From an uncultured Erysipelotrichaceae bacterium (GTDB taxonomy: Bacteria > Bacillota_I > Bacilli_A > Erysipelotrichales > Erysipelotrichaceae), in assembly GCA_947569705.1 (NCBI GenBank), contig CANOSP010000011.1, forward strand, positions 485 through 64,484: DNA of 64,000 nucleotides. The letters run 5' to 3'. The stretch's first letter is position 1. Each line of letters opens with the position of its first letter. The position numbers and the translations under genes are program-made. Under the pieces are notes generated by a model. It was not told the origin of the DNA. It saw only the letters and a program-made list of their open reading frames with translations, and ran no database searches. This document shows positions 10,301 to 19,572 of this stretch, piece after piece.

Positions 10301-13300
10301 CAACTGTTCTTGTGTTTTTATTATTATCAGTCACATCAACTTGAATATAATACTTATTCCCTGTACCGTGATTGCTTAAATCATTTGCGGTAATGTCCTG
10401 ATTCAGTGTGATATATCCGGTTGAGGTTACGGTAAAGAGGCTTGCGTCAGCATTTTGATTCCCGTTGTTCGTACTTTTCTTATAAGTGCTTCCCGAAACA
10501 CTGACTTGTGCCATTGCGGTTCCTTGTTTTGCCGTTCCGCCGTTTGGATCGGCACTTGTATTCAGTGCTTTCTTTAAAGTCGCATCAGGTGTATAAGTGA
10601 CTCCTGTGGTACCGCCGTTTTCAATACTTCCTGTCACCTCAATATTGCCCGGCACATACACTTGAATCACTCTGCCTGTTTGCGTTGTGGCTGTTTCATA
10701 GTTATCATCACCGTTTAAGGTTCCGGTTAATGTCGCACTTCCCGCATCACTCGCGTTGCTTGTCGGACATACCTGCCCTTGTGCGTTGATTGTAAAAGGT
10801 GCATTCAAACTCGTATTGCTTGAAGTATATTGAATCGTTTCGCCGCTTTTTGAATACGTTGAAGTAACACTTGCCGGTACACTCACACAGGCACCGCCCA
10901 CCGCTAGCTTTAACATACTTGTATCAGGAAATGCGATTGTCTGCGGATATTTATTAACATTTACAATCAAATCAGTATCTACTCCTGTTGTACCGTAAAT
11001 ACCACCGGTAATATGTGCTTTGATTTTCACATTGTTTAAAGTATTGGAATCACTTGCCTTCTTCACTGTCGCCTGGACAGTACTTGAACCGGAAATACTG
11101 ATTACATCATTGGGATCCGGATTCAATGAATAGGTAATCACGGTATTCGTTAATGCCCCGTTCGTTGTTTCGATCAGCTTAGTATTAAAGGTACCGCCGT
11201 TGTTTGGCTCTCCGCTTGGATCATACGTTATCGTATACGTATTGCCCGGGATAATACTTCCTGATTTTTGCGGTTCTTCCCAACCGACTCCTGATAGAGA
11301 TGCCGCTTGAATCGTAATCGTTTTCGTAGCTGTTGTTGTTTGTTTGTTCGGTGAAGTACTATCCTTTACTTCAACCACAATCGTATAGCTACCCGGTGTT
11401 AAACCGTTCGCACCGACACTTGTATTAACATACACATTGCCGTTAGAATCAACGTGGAAGGACCCATTATTACCCTGACCGCTCGGAAGCGTATAGGTAA
11501 ACGGTGCCGTACCGCCGCTCACATCAATATGAGCGATCTTATTTGCGGAAGTATAACTTGTCGGTGGCTTAGCCGCACTGCTTCCCGCAGTAATATTAGT
11601 TTTATCCTCCACATAGTTCGCTGTAATACCTAATTGGAATGTGATTGTTTTAGTTGTAGTAGCTGCTTCATAATTATCTGTCGCATCAACCTTTGCCTGA
11701 ATCACAACACTTCCCGTCGCATTCGCCGCAAATACAATATCGGCATTATCACCTGCATTTGATGAAGTAAACGGCAAACCGCTTGATATGATGTTTCCGT
11801 TTCCTGACACAAAGGAATATTCAATCTTAACATCATTATTAGCTAAATCATTATTTGTATGAGTCGCATGTTCACTGTGGGTTGTTGTACCGGTGGTGCT
11901 GCCTGAAACATAAGTCGTTCCTTTATCATCTTGATCAAAAATAATTGTCGGTTGCGTCTTGGCAACATCAAATGTGGTACAAACCCTTGAGTTACTCGTT
12001 GCAGGATCCGGGTCTTTGTACGCATCCTTTGCGGCAATACAAAATTTATAAGTCCCTGCTTTTAACCCGCCGTTCACTAAATCAGGCGCATTGCTTTTTA
12101 TTTTTATATCCAGTGACGTACTGCCTGATGAATCATTTGCATCCAAACCGTCAATCTCAAAATTTTGATGCGTATTGTCACCGTTCGACTCTATTGTATA
12201 AGTAAGAGGCATAACACCTTTCGGACTTACATCGATCATCCCGACTTTTTGTCCTGCATTCACATTCTTACTGAATTCATAATCCCCTGCCGTCGCTCCG
12301 CTTTGCGGATCCTTCGTATAAGCTAATTTATGCGGCTCTACAATCTCGATTCCCATCATTTGCGAAATCGGTGAGGACTTTGCGGCTCTGCCGGTAGATG
12401 CATCAAAATGCTCATTTGCGACAGCTATTTTATATTTCCCTACCGGTATTCCCGTTAAATCAAACTCTTTGGTATTTAAGGCTTTATAATAAAGCAGCTG
12501 ATTTCCCGCATCGTTAAACACAAAAACGGATAATGTATCATTGGCAGTTGCATCTAATTGAATTTTGGCATTTTTAACTACTTGTTTATCTGCAATAGAA
12601 TTCCCTTTATATTGCATATCACTAAAAGTAACTTGATAGCTTGGATCCGCATATCTGATTTTCAGTACTCCGCTTCGCGGATTACTTTTTAATACATTTT
12701 TTCCGATCGTATGATCCAATGCATAAAGTATATTAGGACTTTTTAAATGCGAAAAAACCGAAAGTTCAAGATTTTGCCACTCTTTCCCTATATACGCCCA
12801 TTCATAAGAAATATACGCCGGATAAGCTGTCGCATTGGTTGACGAAGACGAATACGCTTGCACAACCGAACTGTCCCTTCTGAAATATGCACTTTGCCAT
12901 GCTTTGTTATGCTTAATATATGCCTTCTCCGATATAATACATACCTCAGGCAAATCATCCAATCCAAGACTTCCCGAAGTAAAATCATCGATTCCGGGAA
13001 CATAACCATGTTGTAAATTACCCACTTTACCTGAAACTGCCAATACTTCCGTACTCTCAAATTCATTACCCGATAAACTAGCTGTATAAGCGTCATCATA
13101 GGATTTCGCCGTAAGGTATCCTTGCGAATGTGATTTTCCTGCCACATCGGTATAAAAATCACACATATCTATTTCGCCGCCTTTTCTCGGTACCGTATTA
13201 TTCGTATTACTGTTACAGTTTTGTACTGTTCCTATATAATGATGCATAGCATAATACCCGGTATTGTTTTTACTAACGGTCCAAACCGATTCTTCACCGC

Positions 13301-13457
13301 TCTCATTTGTTCCGACAATCACTTGTTCGCCCGGCTCTAAAACCTCTAAATTTCCGGCAGCAGACAGATTATTGTTATATTGAAGCACTGTAAAAGATGC
13401 GGAGAAAATTCCGATAGTCAGAAACAATAATAAGATCATTTTATTTCGCATATACAT
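7320..13457 (-). CDS. Giant cell-wall-anchored adhesin-like protein, paralog 2 (2045 aa)
   Basis: N-terminal signal/TM, variable head, Ig/cadherin-like repeats, MBG-like domain (KKKPITLTYED..ESGSLTI), many DxDGDGxPD Ca-binding-like repeats, EPxxPE linker, GANTGD + TM + basic tail sorting signal. Confidence 0.9.
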   Translation of the reverse strand: MYMRNKMILLLFLTIGIFSASFTVLQYNNNLSAAGNLEVLEPGEQVIVGTNESGEESVWTVSKNNTGYYAMHHYIGTVQNCNSNTNNTVPRKGGEIDMCDFYTDVAGKSHSQGYLTAKSYDDAYTASLSGNEFESTEVLAVSGKVGNLQHGYVPGIDDFTSGSLGLDDLPEVCIISEKAYIKHNKAWQSAYFRRDSSVVQAYSSSSTNATAYPAYISYEWAYIGKEWQNLELSVFSHLKSPNILYALDHTIGKNVLKSNPRSGVLKIRYADPSYQVTFSDMQYKGNSIADKQVVKNAKIQLDATANDTLSVFVFNDAGNQLLYYKALNTKEFDLTGIPVGKYKIAVANEHFDASTGRAAKSSPISQMMGIEIVEPHKLAYTKDPQSGATAGDYEFSKNVNAGQKVGMIDVSPKGVMPLTYTIESNGDNTHQNFEIDGLDANDSSGSTSLDIKIKSNAPDLVNGGLKAGTYKFCIAAKDAYKDPDPATSNSRVCTTFDVAKTQPTIIFDQDDKGTTYVSGSTTGTTTHSEHATHTNNDLANNDVKIEYSFVSGNGNIISSGLPFTSSNAGDNADIVFAANATGSVVIQAKVDATDNYEAATTTKTITFQLGITANYVEDKTNITAGSSAAKPPTSYTSANKIAHIDVSGGTAPFTYTLPSGQGNNGSFHVDSNGNVYVNTSVGANGLTPGSYTIVVEVKDSTSPNKQTTTATKTITIQAASLSGVGWEEPQKSGSIIPGNTYTITYDPSGEPNNGGTFNTKLIETTNGALTNTVITYSLNPDPNDVISISGSSTVQATVKKASDSNTLNNVKIKAHITGGIYGTTGVDTDLIVNVNKYPQTIAFPDTSMLKLAVGGACVSVPASVTSTYSKSGETIQYTSSNTSLNAPFTINAQGQVCPTSNASDAGSATLTGTLNGDDNYETATTQTGRVIQVYVPGNIEVTGSIENGGTTGVTYTPDATLKKALNTSADPNGGTAKQGTAMAQVSVSGSTYKKSTNNGNQNADASLFTVTSTGYITLNQDITANDLSNHGTGNKYYIQVDVTDNNKNTRTVDVIIVIVDAQADFYFIDPIAGTKLALSDTYGTKNVPVYKKTYEQNGTIDVKTNIDSTYSEVTIAESTGISVDEDVIDHNNLNHFNIINASDPDGDYGNGGDAYVKACMNAHDGYAAQCIYAKIVIEKAEQKDFAFVNTPKWTIGKTPATIQPTYNGKLSQGDVLLSSSDNTIAEAQPPISGQDQSFKTLGKAGTATLTATSPEDRNYNSKQATTILETTDRPPTSLNLYAPGMTYGDTNIEAKITSGYKNGVPVYFYVDDTSILDVNTAAVNTKTSQPITAIGSGQVIIKVCQTKDAFDPAVDDCNAIGGDYGEQIIIVKKKPITLTYEDEEIYVGEAFPTYKFKQPSTNAFAFTDSMNDFPIPKNTSAKQNGKAIKDTKTTGKYDISGSYGTNELNGNTKHYEIKLESGSLTIKQDEPSDSWYHLEDPDGNTVTSDKWHNYLVDVVIDTANTTASAGVYDQISDTVTFTNANKQRFTINKEDDNETDIYFRIDPSGTSLHKGAISEKLQDHVKIDMMKPKIVSITGYPVNQDGVSNILNEITLGHYFKPGVQVEIKTEDPQPNTRATVKVSEVKEVSYQVYELDAQGMMTSTTPIEEKSAKPGTNKILSFKINNIGNYRVCATTIDNATNESEEKCSDLNIKKIDVDVDGDGKPDFNDPDGDGCPDLNIKWKDPNDTKKWTVINGDRDYDGIPDLNIDSDGDGKPDLNIDTDNDGKPDLNLVILKKSDWKPTKCVKQDVDNGILEEYCTGTSVKPLINIDTDGDRIPDIDIDTDGDMKPDINIQKVGFMLNVAEHDTWKPNQDYTSNKFLYDTEKIKPVWNIDTDGNGFPDVNVDIDGDGIPDLNIDTDDDGIPNTNIDSDGDGVADINIDKDGDGVPEDNIQEITEWKPNKTIQGDYPYDIMDFSEPNEPEDPENPEEPEEPNDPTVPKNDEPQADKLDTSVKGMYNPVTSMGGANTGDATNLMMYSGLCLFSFGITFYLLYKRKTSHLSE

Positions 13458-13762
13458 CTTCCTTCCTCAAGTATGAAAAATCGGACTTTAGATACAGAAG
13501 CCCATATCAAAGAATCATAATCTATGGCTATTAACAGAAACATATATTTTAATATTTATAAGAAAAACAATGATATTAAAATATACCGCTAATACATATG
13601 AATGCCTTGGTATTTCCAAACCAACCAATTCGTACAAAGAAATCATTTCGATAAATAACCTCTTTTTGGGCGTATATGATTGAACATGTATATGAAAAAA
13701 CTGTTTTATTTACACATGATCCTTCAAATTTTCTCATTGTACAATACACGCAGGCTACACAC

Positions 13763-13792
13763 TAGACACACAAGGATCCGAAAACGTGCGCT
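13763..13792 (-). promoter_or_regulatory. Putative ECF sigma promoter upstream of surface protein 2
   Basis: Minus strand AGCGCACGTTTTC-GGATCCTTGTGT-GTCTA; 25/30 identical, with no gaps, to 14995-15024. Confidence 0.65.
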
Positions 13793-13878
13793 AAATATTA
13801 AAATATTTTCATTTATCAGTAAAAAACAAATGCGATGATATAAACTTTTATCAATATAAAATATGCAACAGAAAAGCT

Positions 13879-14871
13879 TCAGCGCTTTGCTTCCTCATAA
13901 GCCTGAATCCATCCGTCTTTATTTAACAGGTCGTAAAAGGGAGAATTATTTTGTCTCAGTTGTTTTACATACGGCAAAAGTTCATCTAACGCTGCTTGAT
14001 TCAACGCATTCAGTTCCTCAGAACAATGTGCCTTTTTTCTGATGATAAAATATGCATCTTGATCGGTGATCTCATGTCTGTATTCCTCATCTAAGACAAC
14101 ACCCTGATTCCATTGATAAAAAGAATATGTACTGACACCGAGAACTGCCGCAAAGCATAACGCCGCAATGCCGGATAACTGAATAGACGCACTGCGCTTA
14201 AAAAACGACAGTTTGCCTAAATTCCATTCGCAAGGCTTGGGGGCTTTACAATGAAAAGCATATAAAAGCAATAGTCCTGTAGGAAAACAGTAAAAAGATA
14301 GTTTTTCATGATGTTGAGATTCATATAAATGAATTTGCTTGCGCAATAACTGCTTACCGGTACGCAGTCTGCTCTTTACCGTTCCTTCCGGTATATCTAA
14401 AACTTTCGCAATCTCACTCATTTTAGCGTCATCATAATACTTTAAAATCAAGGTTTCGCGATAAATATACGGTATATTATCCAACAGCTTTAATACAATA
14501 TCCGCATTACTTTGCTTACGCACGATCACAGAAGGCAGTGAATCTTCACGATCATCGGCGATATCCAATGCCGCCAATGCATGTTCTTCCATATAAATTT
14601 CACGATTCTTACGAAACATATTCTTACAGCGATTGATTAAAATCTGCTTCATCCATACAATCACTACATCCGGATTCTTAAGATGAATAATATTTTGTTT
14701 GATATTAATAAAAGTATCCTGAACAACATCTTGTGCATCTGCTTCATTTTTTGTGAGCTTTAAAGCCATATAATAAAAGGCAGTATAAAAATCATGATAT
14801 AATTTCGCAAATGCTTCCTCATTACCGGTTTGAATTTCTCTGATAAGCTGCGGTAAATCTTCACGCTTCAT
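13879..14871 (-). CDS. ECF-type sigma factor with C-terminal TM segment and extra domain (paralog of 5446-6492)
   Basis: AFAKLYHDF..DAQDVVQDTF (region 2), YRETLILKYY..MSEIAKVLDIPEGTVKSRL (region 4), TM IAALCFAAVLGVSTYSFY. Start set at ATG 14871 after AAAGGAG (ORF track start 14895). Confidence 0.9.
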   Translation of the reverse strand: MKREDLPQLIREIQTGNEEAFAKLYHDFYTAFYYMALKLTKNEADAQDVVQDTFINIKQNIIHLKNPDVVIVWMKQILINRCKNMFRKNREIYMEEHALAALDIADDREDSLPSVIVRKQSNADIVLKLLDNIPYIYRETLILKYYDDAKMSEIAKVLDIPEGTVKSRLRTGKQLLRKQIHLYESQHHEKLSFYCFPTGLLLLYAFHCKAPKPCEWNLGKLSFFKRSASIQLSGIAALCFAAVLGVSTYSFYQWNQGVVLDEEYRHEITDQDAYFIIRKKAHCSEELNALNQAALDELLPYVKQLRQNNSPFYDLLNKDGWIQAYEEAKR

Positions 14872-14994
14872 GATTATTACTCCTTTATCTTTCATATATA
14901 TTAAATTATTACATAAACAAACATTTTTATCAATAAATTATCATAATATTTTTTAATTTGCATTTTCTTAAAATGATAAAAAGTGATCATTAAA

Positions 14995-15024
14995 TAGACA
15001 CATAAAGAATAGAAAACGTGCGCT
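14995..15024 (-). promoter_or_regulatory. Putative ECF autoregulatory promoter upstream of the sigma gene
   Basis: Minus strand AGCGCACGTTTTC-TATTCTTTATGT-GTCTA; same motif and spacing as 13763-13792. Confidence 0.65.
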
Positions 15025-15190
15025 GATTTGTAAACAAAATAATGCAAAATTTTGCGAAATAAGCTTTGTTTAGATTGATTAAATTGTCGTTCATTTCAGA
15101 AAAAAACACTTCATAAAAATAACAACAGTAAGATTCTCAGACTATCGTTTTTGTTAAAAACATGTTATACTAACATACAGGAAAAGGAAG

Positions 15191-16897
15191 ATGTATATGG
15201 AAAAAAACTGGATTAATGAAGCAATATTTTATCATATTTATCCGCTGGGATTTTGCGGGGCTCCTAAATATGCGCATGAACAAACAACATGCCAAAATCG
15301 CATAAAAAAACTCATTGATTGGATTCCTCATCTGCAGGAAATGAAAATCAATGCCTTATATTTAGGGCCGATATTCGCCTCTTATGAGCATGGATACGAT
15401 ACAAGTGATTATCGCTTAATCGATCCGCGTTTAGGCAGTAATGAGGACTTCATGGCTGTATGCGATGCACTTCATGAAGCAGGCATCAAGATTATTTTAG
15501 ACGGTGTATTCAATCATGTCGGAAGAACCTTTTGGGCATTTCAGGATGTACAGGAAAAAAGAGAAGGATCACAATATCGTGATTGGTTTCATAATATAAA
15601 TTTCAATAACCGCTCCCCTTATGATGATCCGTTTTCCTATGAGGCATGGGAAGGACACTACAACTTAGTGAAATTAAATCTGCGCAATGAGGCAACTGTT
15701 CAATATTTATTAGACAGCGTCGGTATGTGGATGGAGGCTTTTCATATTGACGGTTTGCGCTTGGATGCGGCTGACTGTATCGATAAACAATTCTTTCAGC
15801 GTTTAAAAGCTTATACAAAAGAGCGCAATGCTGATTTTTGGCTGATGGGCGAAATTATTCACGGAGACTATTCATTATGGGCTAATCCGGAATTGTTAGA
15901 TTCGGTCACAAACTATGAATGCTACAAAGGATTATATTCTGCGCATAATACAAAAAATTATTTTGAGATTGCATATTCCTTAAATCGTCAATTCGGTAAC
16001 GGCGGCATCTATAAGAATTTGAACCTCTATAACTTCGTGGATAATCATGATGTAAATCGTCTTGCCTCTACGCTTCAAAACAGCGCAGATCTTAAAAATG
16101 TTTATACGCTATTATACACGATGCCGGGTGTTGCCAGTATTTACTACGGCAGTGAATTCGCTATTGAAGGTAAAAAACAAAACGGCAGTGATGATATGCT
16201 GAGGCCGGAATTGTCACTTACCCAATTTTCAAAGGATCATCCGCTGTATCTCCACCTTTGTAAACTCGGTGAAATCCGCACTGCTTACAAGCCGCTGCAA
16301 TACGGTAATTATGAGCAGGTAACAGTACGCAATGAACAATTTATCTTCAAGCGCACTTTGAATGAAGAGACGCTGTTTATCGCGCTCAATGTGGCAGATC
16401 AAGCAATTACGCTTCCGTTTGCGAAAGGAGAACAGGCTTATGATCTGTTCAAAGACAAGATGCTGCAGGCAGAGAACGGTGAACTGAGCATTACCTTGAA
16501 TCCTCATGAAGCGACAATCTTGTATATAGGAACGAATTACCCTACGGTGAAAAACGCAACAAAGAAAAAAACAGTTAAAGCAAAAGCTGATACATTCTCT
16601 GTCAAAAATAAAGAACAAAAACCAAAAGCTGAAAAACAGGACATGAAACCTACCGATGTCAATCATACCGCAAAAGAAATCTCAAAGCAGATACAACCCG
16701 GGGTATATCGTCACTTTAAAGGTAATCAATATGCAGTATTATATATCGCAAAGAACAGTGAAACATCAGAAGCGATGGTCGTCTATCGCCAGTTATACGG
16801 AGATAGTGAGGTTTGGGTACGCCCGTTGTCAATGTTCACGGAAACAGTGCAGTTTAACGGCGAAGCAATTCCGCGATTCACTTATCTTCATAAATAA
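15191..16897 (+). CDS. GH13 alpha-amylase/neopullulanase-like enzyme fused to a C-terminal DUF1653-like domain
   Basis: DGVFNH, GLRLDAAD, GEIIH and FVDNHD GH13 motifs. The tail GVYRHFKGNQY..VVYRQLYG..WVRPLSMF is the DUF1653 signature. Confidence 0.85.
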   Translation: MYMEKNWINEAIFYHIYPLGFCGAPKYAHEQTTCQNRIKKLIDWIPHLQEMKINALYLGPIFASYEHGYDTSDYRLIDPRLGSNEDFMAVCDALHEAGIKIILDGVFNHVGRTFWAFQDVQEKREGSQYRDWFHNINFNNRSPYDDPFSYEAWEGHYNLVKLNLRNEATVQYLLDSVGMWMEAFHIDGLRLDAADCIDKQFFQRLKAYTKERNADFWLMGEIIHGDYSLWANPELLDSVTNYECYKGLYSAHNTKNYFEIAYSLNRQFGNGGIYKNLNLYNFVDNHDVNRLASTLQNSADLKNVYTLLYTMPGVASIYYGSEFAIEGKKQNGSDDMLRPELSLTQFSKDHPLYLHLCKLGEIRTAYKPLQYGNYEQVTVRNEQFIFKRTLNEETLFIALNVADQAITLPFAKGEQAYDLFKDKMLQAENGELSITLNPHEATILYIGTNYPTVKNATKKKTVKAKADTFSVKNKEQKPKAEKQDMKPTDVNHTAKEISKQIQPGVYRHFKGNQYAVLYIAKNSETSEAMVVYRQLYGDSEVWVRPLSMFTETVQFNGEAIPRFTYLHK

Positions 16898-16920
16898 AAA
16901 AGCACACACGTGCTTTTTTT
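16896..16920. terminator. Bidirectional terminator between GH13 and PTS IIA
   Basis: AAAAAAGCAC-ACAC-GTGCTTTTTT between convergent genes. Confidence 0.7.
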
Positions 16921-17004
16921 ATGCTTACTTTTCACTTTATCAAATCATATAGTTTTTATCAGTATGACAAAAACAAATATTAAAGAGTCTTAATGAAAAA
17001 AGGA

Positions 17005-17325
17005 CTATAATTTTAATTGGTATATCGCTCGATGCAGGGTAATAAATTCTTCACACAGGATTTTAAAGGTCTCTGCGCTCATTAATTGATCTTCTGCGTG
17101 TGCCAATAACAATGTCATCGGCATATCAATTCCCGATGCTTCTTCCTGAAGCAGTTTGGTATGAGACTCTTGTCCCTGCTGGAATATTTCATCTCCCTTT
17201 TTGATAAACTCATTTGCTTTAATAAACTCACCCTTTGAGGCTAATTGGATCGCTTCCACATACATAGAACGAGCGGCTCCTACTGATGAAATAATTCTCA
17301 TGCTGATTAATTCGATATGTTTCAT
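17005..17325 (-). CDS. PTS lactose/cellobiose-family IIA
   Basis: IISSVGAARS..LLAHAEDQLM motif. Confidence 0.9.
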   Translation of the reverse strand: MKHIELISMRIISSVGAARSMYVEAIQLASKGEFIKANEFIKKGDEIFQQGQESHTKLLQEEASGIDMPMTLLLAHAEDQLMSAETFKILCEEFITLHRAIYQLKL

Positions 17326-17326
17326 G

Positions 17327-17629
17327 TTATTTTCCTCGCATTCGTATCAGTACATTTTCTAATACTTTTTTCCCATCCAAATTACCGTAACTGTTTAAAT
17401 CCATTACCATAACCGGCTTCCCTTCTGCCATTCCGTCAATTTTCTGAAACAGATAGCGCACTTGCGGTCCTAACAGGATAATATCAGCCTTGGGTATATG
17501 ATCCTTAGCCAATCCTTCTCCTACTGCCCATATTGTCGCATTTATATGCTTAGATGCGGCAGCTTCCTTCATCCGTTTCATCATCATGCTCGTAGACATA
17601 CCCGCTGAGCATATCAACAAAATATTCAC
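17327..17629 (-). CDS. PTS lactose/cellobiose-family IIB
   Basis: ILLICSAGMSTS..ILLGPQVRY. Confidence 0.9.
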   Translation of the reverse strand: MNILLICSAGMSTSMMMKRMKEAAASKHINATIWAVGEGLAKDHIPKADIILLGPQVRYLFQKIDGMAEGKPVMVMDLNSYGNLDGKKVLENVLIRMRGK

Positions 17630-17727
17630 GTTTTCTACCTCTTATCTTTCCTCTTTCCTTTATTATATAACAGATTCTCGTTAAAGTATATTGAATAATG
17701 AATTTATCTGTTTATTTTTTTATAAAT

Positions 17728-17741
17728 TGACAGCGTTTACT
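17728..17741 (-). promoter_or_regulatory. Possible cre (CcpA) site upstream of the PTS IIB/IIA genes
   Basis: AGTAAACGCTGTCA matches TGWAANCGNTNWCA at 13/14 positions. Confidence 0.4.
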
Positions 17742-17964
17742 CTCTTTAAATGATAAATCACGGTTAAAATTCAGTTTTAATGACACCGAAATTCATGATC
17801 TTGTATGCGAAAGTGAAAGTTCGATATTTCATGATGATTTTAAATCGTTTAATTCAGCTTTATTTTTCAAAATAATGATAAGAAACATTGAACTTATCCT
17901 AGCTTTAAGGTATGATATACATACGAAAAAAAGATAAATTCGTGATTGGAAAGGAATTGAGAAA

Positions 17965-19431
17965 ATGAAAAAAATCAGAACAAGATTTGCGCCGAGTCCT
18001 ACAGGCTATATGCATATCGGCAATCTTCGTACCGCACTGTTTGAATACTTGATTGCGAAGCATGAAAACGGTGATTTCTTATTAAGAATCGAGGATACCG
18101 ATCAAGAGCGAAAAGTAGAAGGCGCAGTAGATATTATTTATGAGACAATGCGTGAAGTAGGACTTCATCATGATGAAGGACCGGATATCGGCGGTGACTT
18201 CGGTCCGTATGTTCAATCAGAGCGTTTACCGATGTATAAAGAATACGCCGATCGTTTGGTTGAATTAGGCGGTGCTCATTATTGTTTCTGTTCAGAGGAA
18301 GCAGTAGAAAAGCAGCGTAAAGAATGTGAGCTTATCAATAAGGCATTCAAATACGATGATCCTTGTAAACACATTTCTTTGGAAGAAGCCAGAAAACGTA
18401 TTGAAAGCGGAGAACCCTATGTCGTAAGGCAAACGATTCGCCATGACGGCGCCACTTATTTCGATGATGAAGTTTACGGCAGAATCGAAGTAGACAATGA
18501 TATTTTAGATGAATCGGTTCTGTTAAAGAGTGATGGATATCCGACGTATAATTTCGCTAATATTATTGATGATCATACTATGGGTATTACTCATGTTGTA
18601 AGAGGAAACGAATACTTAAGCAGTACTCCGAAGTATAATTTGGTTTATCAAGCATATGGTTGGGATATTCCTACTTATGTTCATGTTCCGCCGGTGATGA
18701 AGGATGATCATCAAAAGCTCAGCAAACGCAACGGAGATGCCTCATTTCAAGATTTGGTCAAAAAAGGTTATTTGCCGCAGGCAATCCTAAATTACATCGC
18801 ACTGCTCGGATGGGCGCCGGAAAGCGAACAGGAGATCTATACCTTACAGGAACTGATTGAGATATTTGACATTAAGCGAATTTCTAAGTCTCCGGCAATC
18901 TTTGACATCAATAAACTTACATGGATGAACGGCATGTATTTGCGTGCCATGAGTTTAGATGAATTTCATGAGTTGGCACTGCCTTATTATGACGGAGTCA
19001 TTCAAAGCGATGTTGATTTAAAGGCTGTTTCTAAAATATTGCAACAGCGCGTTGAAGTTTTGACACAGATACCGGAAATGATAGATTTCATTGATGCTCT
19101 GCCGGAATATGATATTGAGATGTATATTCATAAAAAAATGAAGACGACTTATGAAATCGCCTTAAAGGCATTACAGGCAAGTGAAAAAGCTTTAGCTGAT
19201 CTAAATGATTGGAGCAGTGAAGAAAGCGTACATGAAGTGCTGTTGGCACTGCCTGCACAGCTGGAAATGAAAAACGGGCAAGTATTATGGCCGGTCCGCA
19301 CAGCACTCAGCGGTAAACAGTTTACACCGGGCGGTGCGATTGAAATCGCTCATATCTTGGGAAAAGATGAAGCGTTGCGACGTATTGCCGTCGGTATTCA
19401 AAAACTCGAAGCTGCTGTTCATGAATCTTAA
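17965..19431 (+). CDS. gltX: Glutamate--tRNA ligase
   Basis: [15 protein letters not shown] (HIGH), LRIEDTD, KLSKR. Confidence 0.97.
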   Translation: MKKIRTRFAPSPTGYMHIGNLRTALFEYLIAKHENGDFLLRIEDTDQERKVEGAVDIIYETMREVGLHHDEGPDIGGDFGPYVQSERLPMYKEYADRLVELGGAHYCFCSEEAVEKQRKECELINKAFKYDDPCKHISLEEARKRIESGEPYVVRQTIRHDGATYFDDEVYGRIEVDNDILDESVLLKSDGYPTYNFANIIDDHTMGITHVVRGNEYLSSTPKYNLVYQAYGWDIPTYVHVPPVMKDDHQKLSKRNGDASFQDLVKKGYLPQAILNYIALLGWAPESEQEIYTLQELIEIFDIKRISKSPAIFDINKLTWMNGMYLRAMSLDEFHELALPYYDGVIQSDVDLKAVSKILQQRVEVLTQIPEMIDFIDALPEYDIEMYIHKKMKTTYEIALKALQASEKALADLNDWSSEESVHEVLLALPAQLEMKNGQVLWPVRTALSGKQFTPGGAIEIAHILGKDEALRRIAVGIQKLEAAVHES

Positions 19432-19499
19432 GCAATTCAATCTTTGCTTAAAAATGCTTTAACAAAGAAAGGTTGTTAAGGCTTGTTAAAAAACGCATA

Positions 19500-19536
19500 A
19501 AAGACGATGATATAAAACAAATCATCGCCTTTTTTA
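19500..19536 (+). terminator. Terminator between gltX and the aminopeptidase
   Basis: AAAGACGATGAT..ATCATCGCCTTT plus T run. Confidence 0.6.
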
Positions 19537-19572
19537 TTTTTTGTGAATGAATATTCATTCAATTAAGCATGA

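Noticed and set aside
39-13162. Many short + strand ORFs (e.g. 79-312, 616-840, 7618-7869, 8017-8235) with SGxPSPS repeats
   Set aside because: Antisense shadows of the DxDGDGxP repeats of the minus-strand adhesins; no RBS or independent signal.
1-13457. Diversity-generating retroelement acting on the variable adhesin heads
   Set aside because: No reverse transcriptase and no TR/VR pair differing only at adenines was seen in the window.
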